A DNA stretch of 35,462 nt from the NCBI RefSeq assembly GCF_001194135.2, contig NC_068981.1, positions 121,064,724-121,100,185 of the forward strand. The letters are read 5' to 3'. This document shows positions 34,388 to 35,462 of this stretch, piece by piece. Position numbers and translations under genes: made by a program. Position 1 is the first letter of the stretch. Every line of letters starts with the position of its first letter. The notes below the pieces were generated by a model. The model did no database searches. It worked only from the letters and a program-made list of their open reading frames with translations, and was not told the origin of the DNA. This stretch comes from Octopus bimaculoides (taxonomy: Eukaryota).

Positions 34388-34929
34388 GGAGGGGTAGACA
34401 GAAAGATAAGATAAGCACACATATATAAAATATACACGTATATAAAATATAGATAGAAAGATACGGTAGATGAAATGGACAGATAGCTATTACGATTAAA
34501 AGACAGAATTCACAACTAAAGGAAAAAAAGAAAACGAGAGTAAAAGAAATAAATCGCCCCACCCCCGCCCCTCAAAGTAAAAAGACCTTTCACTTTCCCA
34601 AAGAGAAAGTGCAGAGACGGTAAGCTGTAGAATAAATGTAGACTAGAAAAACAAGAACAAGTGTGTGTGTGCGTGAGTAGTAAGAATGGTAGCATATGCT
34701 TGAATATAAAAATGTCTTGGAAAATAAATTTCTTTGTAGGCATCGAAGACAAACAATTCGGTAAACATTAATGGTTTCTTTCAACACAGATAATAATGGT
34801 TTATTTTATGATAATGTTGTCAAAATGGAAATACAAGAAACAGGTGATATTTTGCAATGAGGTCAACATTTAGTATTGCACGTATAAATATATGTACATG
34901 TAGTGCTATATTTACAAATTTGTGCACAT

Positions 34930-34932
34930 TTT

Positions 34933-34983
<51 letters not shown>

Positions 34984-35413
34984 CATACACACACATGTAT
35001 GTATACACATATGTGATTACACCTGAATGTGAAAAATTTAGTAGAATTGTACAACTCAAAGTAGAGTATGTGCGAATGAGTATAGATGTATGTGTGTGCA
35101 TGTACACACGCATATTGTATGCATATATGTATGTATGTTTGTATGTATGTATGTTTGTATGTATGTATGTGTGTATATACATATCACATGCGTACACACA
35201 TACACACTTATATACGCGTTTAGAGAAACATTTTATAGACGAAAAGGCCGAGAAAAAAGAAAAGAATATTAAAATGATAAATATACAGATACATACATCC
35301 ATCCATACATACATACATACATACATACATACATACCTACATACCTACATGCGTACCTACATAATACATACATACATACATACAAAAACACACACATATA
35401 TATATATGTATAT

Positions 35414-35462
<49 letters not shown>
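34930..35462. repeat. (CA)n/(TATG)n/(CATA)n microsatellite block
   Basis: Direct reading. Confidence 0.9.

Noticed and set aside
34700-34787. Minus-strand NVYRIVCLRC resembling a GIY-YIG start
   Set aside because: No YIG motif or downstream conservation.

Overview
AT-rich eukaryotic intronic or intergenic DNA from a gapped short-read assembly. It has nine N-runs, most flanked by (TA)n or (CA)n. The SINE families and extreme microsatellite density look like a cephalopod (Octopus-like) genome; this is recognition from memory, not a database result. No host gene is supported, and most ORF-track entries are microsatellite or N artefacts. The window is a mosaic of decayed mobile elements. There are three R4/Dong-clade LINE fragments (N-terminal, RT, RLE end with a TAA tail), a Tx1/L1 RT split into two opposite-orientation halves, Penelope-like (PLE) RT and GIY-YIG fragments, RTE LINE fragments, Tc1/mariner ends, and about 14 tRNA-derived SINE pieces. 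Three observations stand out. (1) A hammerhead-ribozyme-like motif has all core elements in a non-standard strand order (stem III'-UH-stem I, then GAAA-stem III, then stem I'-CUGANGA), implying a doubly pseudoknotted fold; it occurs in three sequence-divergent versions plus one truncated copy. (2) A decayed canonical type I hammerhead sits inside a non-coding element bounded by 82-bp inverted repeats. (3) A 47-bp duplication brackets a 41-bp exact inverted copy of sequence 1.3 kb away, next to the Tx1 inversion, which suggests template-switch repair.
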